DNA of 64,000 nucleotides from an uncultured Methanoregulaceae archaeon (GTDB lineage Archaea > Halobacteriota > Methanomicrobia > Methanomicrobiales > Methanospirillaceae). The notes beneath the pieces are model-generated. The model was not told where the DNA came from. It made no database searches and saw nothing but the letters and a program-made list of their open reading frames with translations. The DNA is taken from NCBI GenBank assembly GCA_963705255.1, contig OY970061.1, positions 736,001 to 800,000 on the forward strand, read 5' to 3'. Both the position numbers and the translations under genes were made by a program. Shown here in pieces: positions 50,276-60,056 of the stretch; within the stretch, counting starts at the first letter, position 1; each line of letters begins with the position of its first letter.

Positions 50276-52090
50276 TCACATCTCCACCCGGGTGACGACC
50301 CCATGGATCTTGTCGGAGGGCAGCTTGTAGAACTGCAGGACGGAAGGTGAAAGGCGCTTGAGTGCAGCAAAGATCCTCCAGATGACATTCGTGGTGATGA
50401 TATCTTCCATCCCGTAAAAGATGGTCTTCTCATCGATCTCCGCTTCCCTGAGGATCTTGCCTATATCGACGATCTCCATGTACCCCAGATAAATTTCGAA
50501 GATGGAAAGCCCGGGGGTTATCTCCCGGGTAACACCCCAGGTAACCCCGAACGGCTGCTCGGTCCTGATAATAGAGACAATGATATTGTCATCGTATACG
50601 ATATTGTTCGTGAACATGATCCGTGAGATATACCGGGGAAGCCTGCGGAAGTCACGGGCAAAAAAGAGTGCGGACCCGGAGATGCGGTTGACAGAACCGT
50701 AGACCGCGTTGAACTGGGGGAGGAACTCCTCCAGCGGGATCGGGCTCAGCGCCTTTGCGAGTTTCTTCTGTCCGTTGACATAGATCATGATGATGCAGAA
50801 GGGAATGAACGCTATCAGGAGCGAGACGTACCCCCCATAGGGTATTTTGTTGAGGTTGGAGATGAGGAACAGGACATTTGCCAGCAGCACCCCAAGGGCG
50901 ATGATACTCTTGATGATGGACCCCCTGATGAGGAGTATCCAGAGGATCATGATGCCGGTGATCGCCATGGTTCCGCTGACCGCGAGACCATACGCGTGGG
51001 TGAGGTTGTTGGAGGACCTGAATATGACGATGACGAGGATGACGGCACAGAGGAGCATCCAGTTGACGATATCGATGTAGATCTGGGAGCGGAGCTGGGG
51101 GGAGGTGTATTCGATGTGCAGCAGCGGCATGATGTGGGTGGTGATCCCCTGGTAGACGATCGAGAATATACCGGAGATCATGGCCTGGGATGCGATGATA
51201 GTGGCGGCGATGCTCATGATGAGGAACGGGATATACAGGAGCCTGAACTCGGAGAAGACCATCCCGAAGAGGACGTTCTGGCTTCCGGGATGCATCATGA
51301 CGAACGCGCCCTGGCCGAGATAATTGATGGCGAGGGCAACAAACACGAGATACCAGGCACGGACGATCGGTTCGCGGCCGAGGTGGCCCATATCGGCGTA
51401 CAGGGCTTCCCCGCCGGTAGCGCAGAGGATGACCGAGGAGAGGATGAGAAAACCTGCCAGCCCGTTATGGAGGAGGTACCTGATGCCGAACAGGGGGCTG
51501 AGTGCAAGGAGGACCTGGGGAGCGGCGACGAGGGAGACCAGGCCGGTCCCGGCCAGTGCGACAAACCACAGGACCATGACAGGCCCGAATGCCCACGCCA
51601 CCCTCTCCGAACCCCGTGCCTGCAGGGCGAAGAGACCGACTGCGATGACGGCGGCGATGGTCATGAGAACGATCTGGGTGGTATTCTCAAACCCGGGGAT
51701 GAGAAGGATCCCCTCGACCGCGGAGAGGATGCTGATTGCAGGGGTGATGACCCCGTCACCGATAAAGAGGGAGATCCCGATGATTGCCAGCAGGGAGACA
51801 AAAGCGATCTGGTTTCCCGACTTCAGCAGGGGGAGGAGGATCTCCTTGAGCACGATGGTACCCCCTTCACCTTTCTTGCCGAGCTGCATCGCAAGGTACG
51901 TGTATTCGAGCGTGACAAGAATGGTGAGCGTCCAGATGATCATGGAGAGGATGCCCATGATATTGTCAGGGGTTGGGGGGATGAGGAGAAAAATCGCTGT
52001 CAGCGTATAGATCGGGCTTGTCCCGATATCGCCAAATACCAGTCCCATTGACTTGACAATCCCGGGCATGGCAAAAGAGATATTTGGCAT
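50276..52090 (-). CDS. kup: KUP/HAK/KT potassium transporter
   Basis: FGDIGTSPIY, GEGG, GDGVITPAISILSAVEG and GEALYADMGH motifs. Confidence 0.96.
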   Translation of the reverse strand: MPNISFAMPGIVKSMGLVFGDIGTSPIYTLTAIFLLIPPTPDNIMGILSMIIWTLTILVTLEYTYLAMQLGKKGEGGTIVLKEILLPLLKSGNQIAFVSLLAIIGISLFIGDGVITPAISILSAVEGILLIPGFENTTQIVLMTIAAVIAVGLFALQARGSERVAWAFGPVMVLWFVALAGTGLVSLVAAPQVLLALSPLFGIRYLLHNGLAGFLILSSVILCATGGEALYADMGHLGREPIVRAWYLVFVALAINYLGQGAFVMMHPGSQNVLFGMVFSEFRLLYIPFLIMSIAATIIASQAMISGIFSIVYQGITTHIMPLLHIEYTSPQLRSQIYIDIVNWMLLCAVILVIVIFRSSNNLTHAYGLAVSGTMAITGIMILWILLIRGSIIKSIIALGVLLANVLFLISNLNKIPYGGYVSLLIAFIPFCIIMIYVNGQKKLAKALSPIPLEEFLPQFNAVYGSVNRISGSALFFARDFRRLPRYISRIMFTNNIVYDDNIIVSIIRTEQPFGVTWGVTREITPGLSIFEIYLGYMEIVDIGKILREAEIDEKTIFYGMEDIITTNVIWRIFAALKRLSPSVLQFYKLPSDKIHGVVTRVEM

Positions 52091-52171
52091 TCTTTCATTA
52101 CCTGTCGCCTGAAACGGGGATAATCCTTTCTCTTTTTCCTTCAGAACCCCGGATATATTTCTCCGGATCGT

Positions 52172-53218
52172 TCAACCGGGAACGCCCGCAGTAACGGATT
52201 TTTCTTCCCGGTAAATCCGGTAGCTGGTGATGAGAAGGACGAGGATCAACGGGCCGAGGACAAAACCTGCAATTCCCATCGTGAGTATTCCCCCCATAAA
52301 ACCTGTGAACATGACCACCGGGTGGACATGGGCCCGCCTTCCCATCAATACCGGGCGGATAAAGATTTCAGGGAGGGCAGCCACACCGATGTACCCGAGG
52401 AAAAAAAGGATGAGTACTCCCTGGAGATCTCCCAATGCCAGCGCATATGCGCCGATAAGAATGAACGCAACCGTTGAACCGAAGACCGGGATCAGTTCGC
52501 AGAATGCGGCAAAAAAAGAGTAAAAGAGGATGTTCCCGTATCCCAGAAGATAAAAGACCGGCAGGGAGATGAAGAACGTCAGCACCGCAATGGAAAACTG
52601 TGCAACATAAATGACGTGGAGTGTATCGAACGTTACGGAGCTGAGCCGGGCATCATGCTTCCGGATGGACAGGAAAGGGATCCGGAGAAATACACTCTCC
52701 TTGAGTTTTTCTCCGTACAGCAGCAGGAAGAAGACGGAGATGAAAAAAAGAAGTGCCTGGATGGCTATCCGGGTCCCGTTCAGGATGATCGTGGATTCAA
52801 AATCGACAAAAAATTCCCTGGCAACAGAGAGCCAGTAGATGAACTGTGAGCGGAAAAAGGAAGCCGTTGAGGGAGAGATCTTCTGGTCGACAGCGAGCAG
52901 GGGGTTTGTCGAAGGGTCTGTAAGCCATGAGCGGATGGTATCCAGTATGGCCATCAGAGGTGCCGAATTTTTTGAAAATACGAAGACCATGGTGGCGAGG
53001 ATGGCCAGGAGGATACAACAGACCCCCGCGGTGAGCACAGCAGCGGAAAGCCACGGTTGTACAGAACGGGAAAACCGGTGATGAACCGGGAGGAGTATGA
53101 CCGCTACCGATGCCCCGACAATGACCATGCTGGCAAACGGCCAGAAGAGGACCAGACCAGCGAGCGCTAAAAGGCCCGCGATGATCCATACAGGATAGTC
53201 TGTCCGAGGCTGTTTCAT
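52172..53218 (-). CDS. AI-2E family transporter
   Basis: IPVFG, IRPVLMG, HP and G.VLGP motifs; multiple TM helices. Confidence 0.9.
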   Translation of the reverse strand: MKQPRTDYPVWIIAGLLALAGLVLFWPFASMVIVGASVAVILLPVHHRFSRSVQPWLSAAVLTAGVCCILLAILATMVFVFSKNSAPLMAILDTIRSWLTDPSTNPLLAVDQKISPSTASFFRSQFIYWLSVAREFFVDFESTIILNGTRIAIQALLFFISVFFLLLYGEKLKESVFLRIPFLSIRKHDARLSSVTFDTLHVIYVAQFSIAVLTFFISLPVFYLLGYGNILFYSFFAAFCELIPVFGSTVAFILIGAYALALGDLQGVLILFFLGYIGVAALPEIFIRPVLMGRRAHVHPVVMFTGFMGGILTMGIAGFVLGPLILVLLITSYRIYREEKSVTAGVPG

Positions 53219-53509
53219 GAACCATTACCTAGTTGGATGGTCTCGGATTAATACGTGTGTCCGGAGGTCCGGAAGTACTGGAACGATACCCATTCCATTG
53301 CAGTCTTCCGGTTATGAGATAACGGGACCCGGGCACACTGCAACGGTGCGTTCCTGTCTTCCCCCGGGGGTTGAAACGGGAAGCAGGCCGTCCATGAAGT
53401 CTTCGTCAGAACGGCCTTTCGCATACATTCCGGTAAAAATCCGCGGGTGCCCCTCCCACCTCACTCCTTATCTTGGTGAACGGCAAATAGTAGAGAGAAA
53501 CGATCTTCC

Positions 53510-54715
53510 ATGGCAGAGATAAAAATCGTCGGGACCGCCCACGTCTCGCAGCAGAGTGTTGACGAAGTCCGGCTGGCTATCGAGGAGTTCAGGCCCGATG
53601 TCGTTGCCATCGAACTCGACCCTGCACGGTTCGCGGCACTGAAAAAACAGGGCCGCGATCCGACAGTGAACGATGTCCTCGCGGTCAGCAATTTCAACTC
53701 GCTCCTCGTCCAGTGGCTGCTCGCCTATCTCCAGCGGAAGATCGGGTTCGATGTCGGAGTCGAACCCGGAGCCGAGATGAAAGCCGCGATCGAGGAGGCG
53801 GAGAAGAGGGGCATCGCCATCGGCCTCGTCGACCGCGATATCCGGGTCACGCTCCTCCGCTTCTGGAATTCCCTTGGGTTCATCGAGAAGATCAGGATGT
53901 TCTGGGCCCTCGTTATCTCGATCGCCGAGATTGACAGGGGCCAGGAGATCGATATCGAATCGCTCAAACAGCAGGACGTTATCGACGTCGTGATGGAAGA
54001 GTTCCGGAAATTTTCCCCGAACGGGGCACGGGCCCTCATCGACGAACGCGATGCGTATATCGCCCACCAGCTCGTCCTCCTGAAGGCGCAGAGGCCGGAA
54101 GGCAGGATCCTTGCTGTGGTCGGTGCCGGGCACCGGCACGGGATTGCCGGCTATATCGGGAACCCTTCCACGCTCCCCCCCTTCGATTCCCTGACCCGGG
54201 AACCGAAGTCATTCCCGTGGGCAAAAGTATTCGGGTTTGTCGTCACCTTCCTCTTCGCGTTCCTGCTCGCCGCGATTGCCTTTTCCGGCGTCGGCTGGAA
54301 TGTCCTTCTCTACGCATTCCTCTTCTGGGTGATCATCCACGGCACGCTCGCCGCCATCTTCACCCTCTTTGCCGGGGGGCACCCGTACTCTGCCATCACC
54401 TGCTTCTTTGTCGCATGGATGACCTCGCTCAACCCGCTGCTGCACGCCGGCTGGATCGCCGCGTACGTGGAAGCACGCGTGCGGAAACCACCCCTCTCGG
54501 ACTTCCGGAAGATCTACGAGACCGAGTCGCTCAGCGAGATGGCAAAGATCCCCCTCTTCAAGGTAGTCCTCGTCGCGGCGCTTGCGAACCTCGGCAGCCT
54601 TATCGGGACGGTCCTGTATTTCATCTTCATATTCCCTGTCCTCAATATCGACCCGGGATATGTCATCTCGACCGGGGTCCACAACATGGGGACCTGGCTG
54701 ACCGGTCTTCTCTGA
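53510..54715 (+). CDS. TraB/PrgY (GumN) family protein with C-terminal TM domain
   Basis: GTAHVS, IELD..R, PGAEM, DRDI..TL, LIDERD and VVGAGH motifs. Confidence 0.92.
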   Translation: MAEIKIVGTAHVSQQSVDEVRLAIEEFRPDVVAIELDPARFAALKKQGRDPTVNDVLAVSNFNSLLVQWLLAYLQRKIGFDVGVEPGAEMKAAIEEAEKRGIAIGLVDRDIRVTLLRFWNSLGFIEKIRMFWALVISIAEIDRGQEIDIESLKQQDVIDVVMEEFRKFSPNGARALIDERDAYIAHQLVLLKAQRPEGRILAVVGAGHRHGIAGYIGNPSTLPPFDSLTREPKSFPWAKVFGFVVTFLFAFLLAAIAFSGVGWNVLLYAFLFWVIIHGTLAAIFTLFAGGHPYSAITCFFVAWMTSLNPLLHAGWIAAYVEARVRKPPLSDFRKIYETESLSEMAKIPLFKVVLVAALANLGSLIGTVLYFIFIFPVLNIDPGYVISTGVHNMGTWLTGLL

Positions 54716-54785
54716 ACCTTTTTCCGGGAAGGTGGGTCCAGGAACAATTTTTTAATCAGCGAACACAGACAACCCATCATAGATT

Positions 54786-55430
54786 ATGGACGATTTCCTG
54801 AAAGAAAGACTGATAAAATATGATACGTGGTTGGATCGCGGACTGATTTCATTTTCTTCAAAAATAGTCCCCATCCGTGAATCTCTATCTGGCCAGCAAT
54901 GGGTGTTACCTTCTGAACAGGTCTTGAATATATTATGCAACGCACAATCAATTGCAGTGCAGAAATGTGCCTGCAGAGTATATTTTTCCCGATGCAATAA
55001 ACCACTCGAAGTCTGTTTTTTACTCAACGGGACCGGCGAACATGCTATAGGAAAAGGCCGGGCACGTCCGGTTTCCTTATCAGAGGCTGCGGATATATTA
55101 CGTAAAGCGGATGAATACGGTCTTATCCATCTTACCCTTTACCAGCCTGATCATGAAATTTATGCACTCTGCAACTGTTGTCCCTGTTGCTGCCATGACC
55201 TTCAGCTCATGAAGGAATATAACCGTAGGGATCTGGTGGTCCGCTCTGAATATGTCGCAGTGACTGACAAGGACTCCTGTATCAATTGTGGCAAATGTGT
55301 TGAGAGATGTATTTTTGATGCCCGAATATTTGGTGACGGCCAGATGCTATACAACTCCGGTTTATGTCTGGGCTGTGGGCTCTGCGTTTCTGTCTGCCCG
55401 GAGCATGCGACTGTGATGCGGCAGCGGTGA
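54786..55430 (+). CDS. Cys-rich 4Fe-4S dicluster protein
   Basis: C.CR...C..P.E.C and CNCCPCCC motifs, plus two CxxCxxCxxxC motifs. Confidence 0.88.
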   Translation: MDDFLKERLIKYDTWLDRGLISFSSKIVPIRESLSGQQWVLPSEQVLNILCNAQSIAVQKCACRVYFSRCNKPLEVCFLLNGTGEHAIGKGRARPVSLSEAADILRKADEYGLIHLTLYQPDHEIYALCNCCPCCCHDLQLMKEYNRRDLVVRSEYVAVTDKDSCINCGKCVERCIFDARIFGDGQMLYNSGLCLGCGLCVSVCPEHATVMRQR

Positions 55431-55554
55431 TCGTGACTGCTCGTCCGGTTCTGATACGTCTGCAGTTGGTGACCAATATCTTACGTCGTTAAAATTCCCA
55501 AATCAACCGCCAACGCATCAGCGCCGAAAAATAAGGCCCGTGTTCTCCCCAGGC

Positions 55555-55890
55555 TTACCTCATCGCTGCAATCTCTTTGTCTATCCAGTCCTGGACGAGC
55601 AGTTTCATACCGTTTTTGCCCATCCCGGCGCGGTACCGCATCCGGATCTCGGCTTCCAGCAGGTCAAGGATGGGCGTCACCGTGGTAAAATAGGATTGCG
55701 GACAGGTAAAACCTCCCGCTTTTTCAAGGTGCAGCATGACCAGCTCGTTCAGGTGCGCAAATTCGCCCGTGAGATCGATGATCCTCTCAAGCGTCATGCC
55801 ACACGGGACTTCCGACTGAAATACGTCGCGAGCTGGTCCCCCGCCACCGGTTTCAGGACAAGGGTCTTTGGAGAGATTCTGGTCTGGCAT
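55555..55890 (-). CDS. Hypothetical protein
   Basis: Probable start MPDQ at 55890 within ORF 55555-56094; helical C-terminal part. Confidence 0.6.
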   Translation of the reverse strand: MPDQNLSKDPCPETGGGGPARDVFQSEVPCGMTLERIIDLTGEFAHLNELVMLHLEKAGGFTCPQSYFTTVTPILDLLEAEIRMRYRAGMGKNGMKLLVQDWIDKEIAAMR

Positions 55891-56068
55891 ACGATCCCGC
55901 ACAGGCAGGTAGTCCTGCCCTGGTTTTTTTAAGAGCCCGCAGAGGTGTTGATCAGGAACAGGTTTTCTTCCGGAGAATTTATTGGTTGGGATCGGGCCCT
56001 GCCAAAAAAAGTTTATCGCATGAAGAGCATTCTCCTCACTGAGCCAGCCCGGCAAAAAACGTGATCCC

Positions 56069-56769
56069 ATGTCCAATACCGCGCTCCTTGTCATCGAAGG
56101 CCTCTGGTGGACGCCGGAGGAAAAACCGAAGCGCCCCTCGGTCTTTCACTTTCTCGAGGGCCTTGAGAGTATCCAGGGCGATTTCAATATCTATTATGCC
56201 AATTTTTACGAGAAGACCGGGTTCCGCAGGGCCCTTGAAGACGACCTGACCAATACCAGCGAGGACCGCCTCTTCCTGTACGTGGCGGCGCATGGGACCG
56301 GCAAAAGGATCGGCGACCTCAAGGCGAAGACCGGGATGAAACTGCCCGCGATGTTCAAGGCCGTAAAAAATGCAGCTAATTACTCGAATATCGAGGGCGT
56401 GCTGATCGGTTCCTGCAGCGTGGGCAACAATATCGGCGATTTCATCTCCACGACCAAGAACTCGCATATCGCGTGGATCTTCGGGTATACCTGCGAAATC
56501 GGGTGGATGGCCAGCACCCTCATCGATGTCTCGATCTTCGAGCACCTGATGGCGCTCAGGAAGAGTGACCTGAAGAGCAGGAAGAAGATCCTTGACGCGT
56601 TTGAAAAGGCCCTCGGGCGTTTCAACGGCGGTTATATTTTGTGCAGGGAAAAGGGGAAGAGCATCCCCTTAAAAGACGCCATCACGCTCGTTGTCCAGCC
56701 GAGGAGACCGGGTACAAGGCCCAGGATGAGACACGGGCGCTGCTGCAGACCCTGGGATGGGCAAAGTAA
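56069..56769 (+). CDS. Caspase/CHAT-like fold hypothetical protein (DUF6642-like), frameshifted at ~56705
   Basis: LYVAAHG, LIGSC and FGY...I.W motifs. The true end is probably ...LLQTLGWAK* at 56769; the ORF read-through to 57415 is antisense to the next gene. Confidence 0.72.
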
Positions 56770-56784
56770 CCGGTACCGGGCGAA

Positions 56785-57483
56785 TCAGGCCGGTTTTACC
56801 GTGATCTCCGGCTTCGGCAGGAACGGTATGATGCACGCTGCCAGTTTTGCGATGTCCATCGACTGGAGCACAACGGTACCCGGCCCCGTCAGCGTGGTGA
56901 CGAACAACCCCTCGCCGCCGAACAGGGCCGTGGTTATTCCGCCGGCAACGGCGATATCGAACCTGACCGTGGCATCAAACCCGACCACGAGACCGGTCTG
57001 CACCTTGACGACCTCGCCTCTCTTCAGTTCCATCTCGATAATGTCGCCGCAGCACTGGAGAAATGCCATTCCCTGCCCGCTCAGGCGCTGCAGGACAAAT
57101 CCCTGGCCCCCGAAGAGCCCGGCCCGGATCTTCTCGGTGAAAGCGATATCGAGCTCGACCCCCTCTTCGCAGGCAAGGAAGGAATCTTTCTGGGCGATGA
57201 AGACGTCCCCCTGGGATACGGGAACCGGGACCAGCTTTCCCGGCATGGAACCGGCGAACGAGACGAATGCGGGTTCGCTCCCCGCAGCAAAACGGGTAAG
57301 GAAGATACTCTCACCGCTGACCGCACGTTTCAGTCCCGATATGATACCGCCTTTGAGCTGGCTCTCCATCGCAACGGAGCCGCTCATGTTCACCATCGAT
57401 CCGGCCTCGGCATAGACTCCCTCCCCGGGCTGCAGGCCGATCCTGACCATCTGCAGGTTGTCGCCAATGATCTCGTAGTTCAT
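56785..57483 (-). CDS. TIGR00266/AIM24 family protein
   Basis: AEAGSM, GES.F, GG.GF..Q.L.G and GGEGLF..TL.GPG...LQS motifs. Confidence 0.92.
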   Translation of the reverse strand: MNYEIIGDNLQMVRIGLQPGEGVYAEAGSMVNMSGSVAMESQLKGGIISGLKRAVSGESIFLTRFAAGSEPAFVSFAGSMPGKLVPVPVSQGDVFIAQKDSFLACEEGVELDIAFTEKIRAGLFGGQGFVLQRLSGQGMAFLQCCGDIIEMELKRGEVVKVQTGLVVGFDATVRFDIAVAGGITTALFGGEGLFVTTLTGPGTVVLQSMDIAKLAACIIPFLPKPEITVKPA

Positions 57484-57635
57484 GGAATCCCTAACCACTA
57501 CATTCACCTGAAAAGTTCAAATGTATTTGGCTCTTTCGACCCGGATTCCGAATGGAGAGGGCCGGAACAAAATTAGTTTGAAAATGAGGGAATTCGTATT
57601 TAATCGCGAAATTGGAACTTCATTATTCTCGACAG

Positions 57636-57783
57636 GATGAACGCCGCCGCCCCCGACGGGGCGCCCCCGCGGCGGATTAATTACCGGAAATTAGAGAGAA
57701 ATTTTCACGAAAAAAATGTGGATTTATGAAAAACTCCTTGCCCCGCCGTGCCTCGTAGAGGCCCTGAGGCGGGGAACCCTCTC
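57636..57783 (+). repeat. GC-rich intergenic repeat (motif A + uninterrupted motif B)
   Basis: Motif A is identical to 46614-46653 (reverse). Motif B TGCCCCGCCGTGCCTCGTAGAGGCCCTGAGGCGGGGAACCCTC matches 13598-13692 without the insert. Confidence 0.88.
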
Positions 57784-58315
57784 AAATTCACAGAAAAAAA
57801 AAGATTTTTCCTGTCCTTCTGGTCCACCGGTGGCCGGAAATCCCGGCCGCATCACCGTCAGATCAGTGGTTCGTGCCTGATATACACGGTGATTGCCAGG
57901 AATATCGCCGCCAGGAGAAGGAGCGGCACTCCTTCAATGGCCCGCAGGAAGAGTGCGGAATTCCGGATAAGATCGGTTGTTGTCATGCTGTTTCCTTTTT
58001 TACCATCATTCGTGCCGGAATCCTCCATGGAAAACCCGTCCGGGATCTTCCGGAGGTTCCGGGCCGGTGGATGCCCAAACCACAGAACCTCGCGGCCACC
58101 GGATGGAATGGCGAGCCGGTATAGGTCATGATTTTGTACCACCGTAACTGGTTGTACCAGAATCCGTTGTGGCTGGTTATATAATGCCAAAATAGGGAGA
58201 GTGGTATCCTCTCACCCGGGAGGGGATTATCATAACTCCCGGGTTAGAAAGTCAAAAGATTCAGATCAACGTGAGAACCGGCCGGTGACAAAAGAGGGGG
58301 TCGCGGTGAGGCAAT

Positions 58316-58612
58316 CCTGCTTCATCTCCGAGAGGATTCGACAGGTCGAAGAGCCTGCGGCTCTTCTCCTATCTCATCTCTGATGAGATTCGATAAGTCG
58401 AAGAACGCTGACGCGTTCCGTCGAAGAACCCTTCGGGTTCTTCTCCTGTCTCAAGTCTGATGACTTTCGACAAGAGGGAGTTTTTCCAAACTCCCTCTGC
58501 CACATCTCTTATGAGATGCGGCATTCTCCAGCCTGCCCTTCCCTCCGAGTTCCGAGAGGTTCACCAGAACCTCGAGGACGAGAAGAATTCGATAGAATTC
58601 TTCGAGTACGGC
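58316..58612. repeat. Array of tandem and nested two-hairpin elements downstream of pan
   Basis: Units at 58346-58396, 58398-58418 (interrupted), 58421-58473, and one in opposite orientation at 58549-58605. Confidence 0.88.
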
Positions 58613-58616
58613 AGTC

Positions 58617-59927
58617 TTACGCGAACATTGCGCCCTCGACGTCCACCGGCCCGCGGTGGAAGTCCAGGCCTACTTTTGCTATCGCAGCAAGGAAATCTTC
58701 CTGCATGATGGCCGGCCGCTCCTTGCGGATCGCGAACATGCCGGCTTCCATGCAGATCGCGCGGAGGTCGGCGCCATTCTTCCCGTCCGTCATGCCGGCG
58801 ACCTCCTTGAGGTCCACGTTATCGTCGATGGTCAGTGCCCGGCAATGCACCTTCATGATGGAGAGGCGGCCCCGTTCGTCCGGGAGCGGGATCTCGATGA
58901 TCCGGTCGAACCGCCCGGGCCGCAGGAGGGCCTTGTCGAGGATGTCGATCCGGTTCGTGGCACCGATGATCTTCACATCGCCCCGGTTCTCGAAACCGTC
59001 CATGCCGGCCAGGAGCTGCATGAGCGTGCGCTGGACTTCGCGGTCTCCGGACGTATTTGCTTCCGTGCGGCTCGCACCCACGGCATCGATCTCGTCGATG
59101 AAGATGATGGTCGGGGCTTTCTTCCGGGCCAGGTCGAAGAGCTCGCGGACGAGCCGGGCCCCTTCCCCGATGTATTTCTGGACCAGCTCCGAACCGACAA
59201 CCCTCATGAAGTGGGCGTTGGTCTCGTGGGCGACTGCTTTTGCGAGCAGGGTCTTGCCGGTACCGGGAGGCCCGTGGAGCAGCACGCCCTTCGGGGGGTC
59301 GATGCCGATCCTGAGGAAGAGCTCGGGCCGTTTCAGCGGCAGTTCGACCGCTTCCTTGATCTCGTTGATCTGCTGGTCCAGCCCGCCGATATCGGAGTAC
59401 GTCTCCTGCGGCGAGTCCACCAGCTCCATGCCATAGACCTGCGCATCGAAACTGGTCGGGAGCAGTTCCACGATGGCGAGCGACTGCTGGTTGAGCGTGC
59501 AGCGTGCGCCCGGCTTGAGATCGTCCGCCTTGATCGACGGCGAACTCCGCACGAGGAACCGCGGGCCTGCACTGCTCCGCACAATCACCCGCGATGCGTC
59601 GACCACATCGGTGACCGTGCCGATGATCAGCGGCGGGCTCCTGAGCTGTTCGCTCTCGCTCTTGAGCTTCCGCACTTCGCGCTCGTACCGGATCTTCTGG
59701 GTCTCGATGTACCGCTTGTCCGCCTCCACCTGCCGGAGCTGTTCGCGGAGTTCGAGGTTGCGGGACTCGAGGTTTCCGACACGCTCCATCATCTGGGCCT
59801 CGAGCTCGTGCTTGTCGCTCTCGATCTGGATCAGCTGTTCCCGCAGCTGCTCGGAGAGTGTGCGGTACAGCCGGTACAGTTCTTCGGGAGTCTGCGGATC
59901 AGATGACTGGTGGAGGATGTCGGCCAT
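58617..59927 (-). CDS. pan: Proteasome-activating nucleotidase (long paralog)
   Basis: Long coiled coil, [28 protein letters not shown]-terminus MFA. Confidence 0.96.
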   Translation of the reverse strand: MADILHQSSDPQTPEELYRLYRTLSEQLREQLIQIESDKHELEAQMMERVGNLESRNLELREQLRQVEADKRYIETQKIRYEREVRKLKSESEQLRSPPLIIGTVTDVVDASRVIVRSSAGPRFLVRSSPSIKADDLKPGARCTLNQQSLAIVELLPTSFDAQVYGMELVDSPQETYSDIGGLDQQINEIKEAVELPLKRPELFLRIGIDPPKGVLLHGPPGTGKTLLAKAVAHETNAHFMRVVGSELVQKYIGEGARLVRELFDLARKKAPTIIFIDEIDAVGASRTEANTSGDREVQRTLMQLLAGMDGFENRGDVKIIGATNRIDILDKALLRPGRFDRIIEIPLPDERGRLSIMKVHCRALTIDDNVDLKEVAGMTDGKNGADLRAICMEAGMFAIRKERPAIMQEDFLAAIAKVGLDFHRGPVDVEGAMFA

Positions 59928-60056
59928 TCTCGCTTCAAATCAGCTATATGGTGAAACTGCCTATAAAGTGTTTGCGAGAGGGCATTTTCCCAAAAGCGGC
60001 GTGCCGCATCCAACAGTGAGAATTTATATTCCCGCACCCACCTTCTTTGTGAGATC

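Noticed and set aside
56069-57415. 448-aa ORF as a single protein
   Set aside because: The 3' half is antisense to the well-formed TIGR00266 gene and arises from a frameshift at ~56705.
57858-58190. 110-aa minus-strand ORF with a C-terminal hydrophobic stretch
   Set aside because: No recognisable motif; at most a short TM peptide or remnant, so it cannot be supported.
58316-58612. Possible CRISPR array
   Set aside because: Units vary in sequence, are nested and in both orientations, have no unique spacers of regular length, and no cas genes are in the window.
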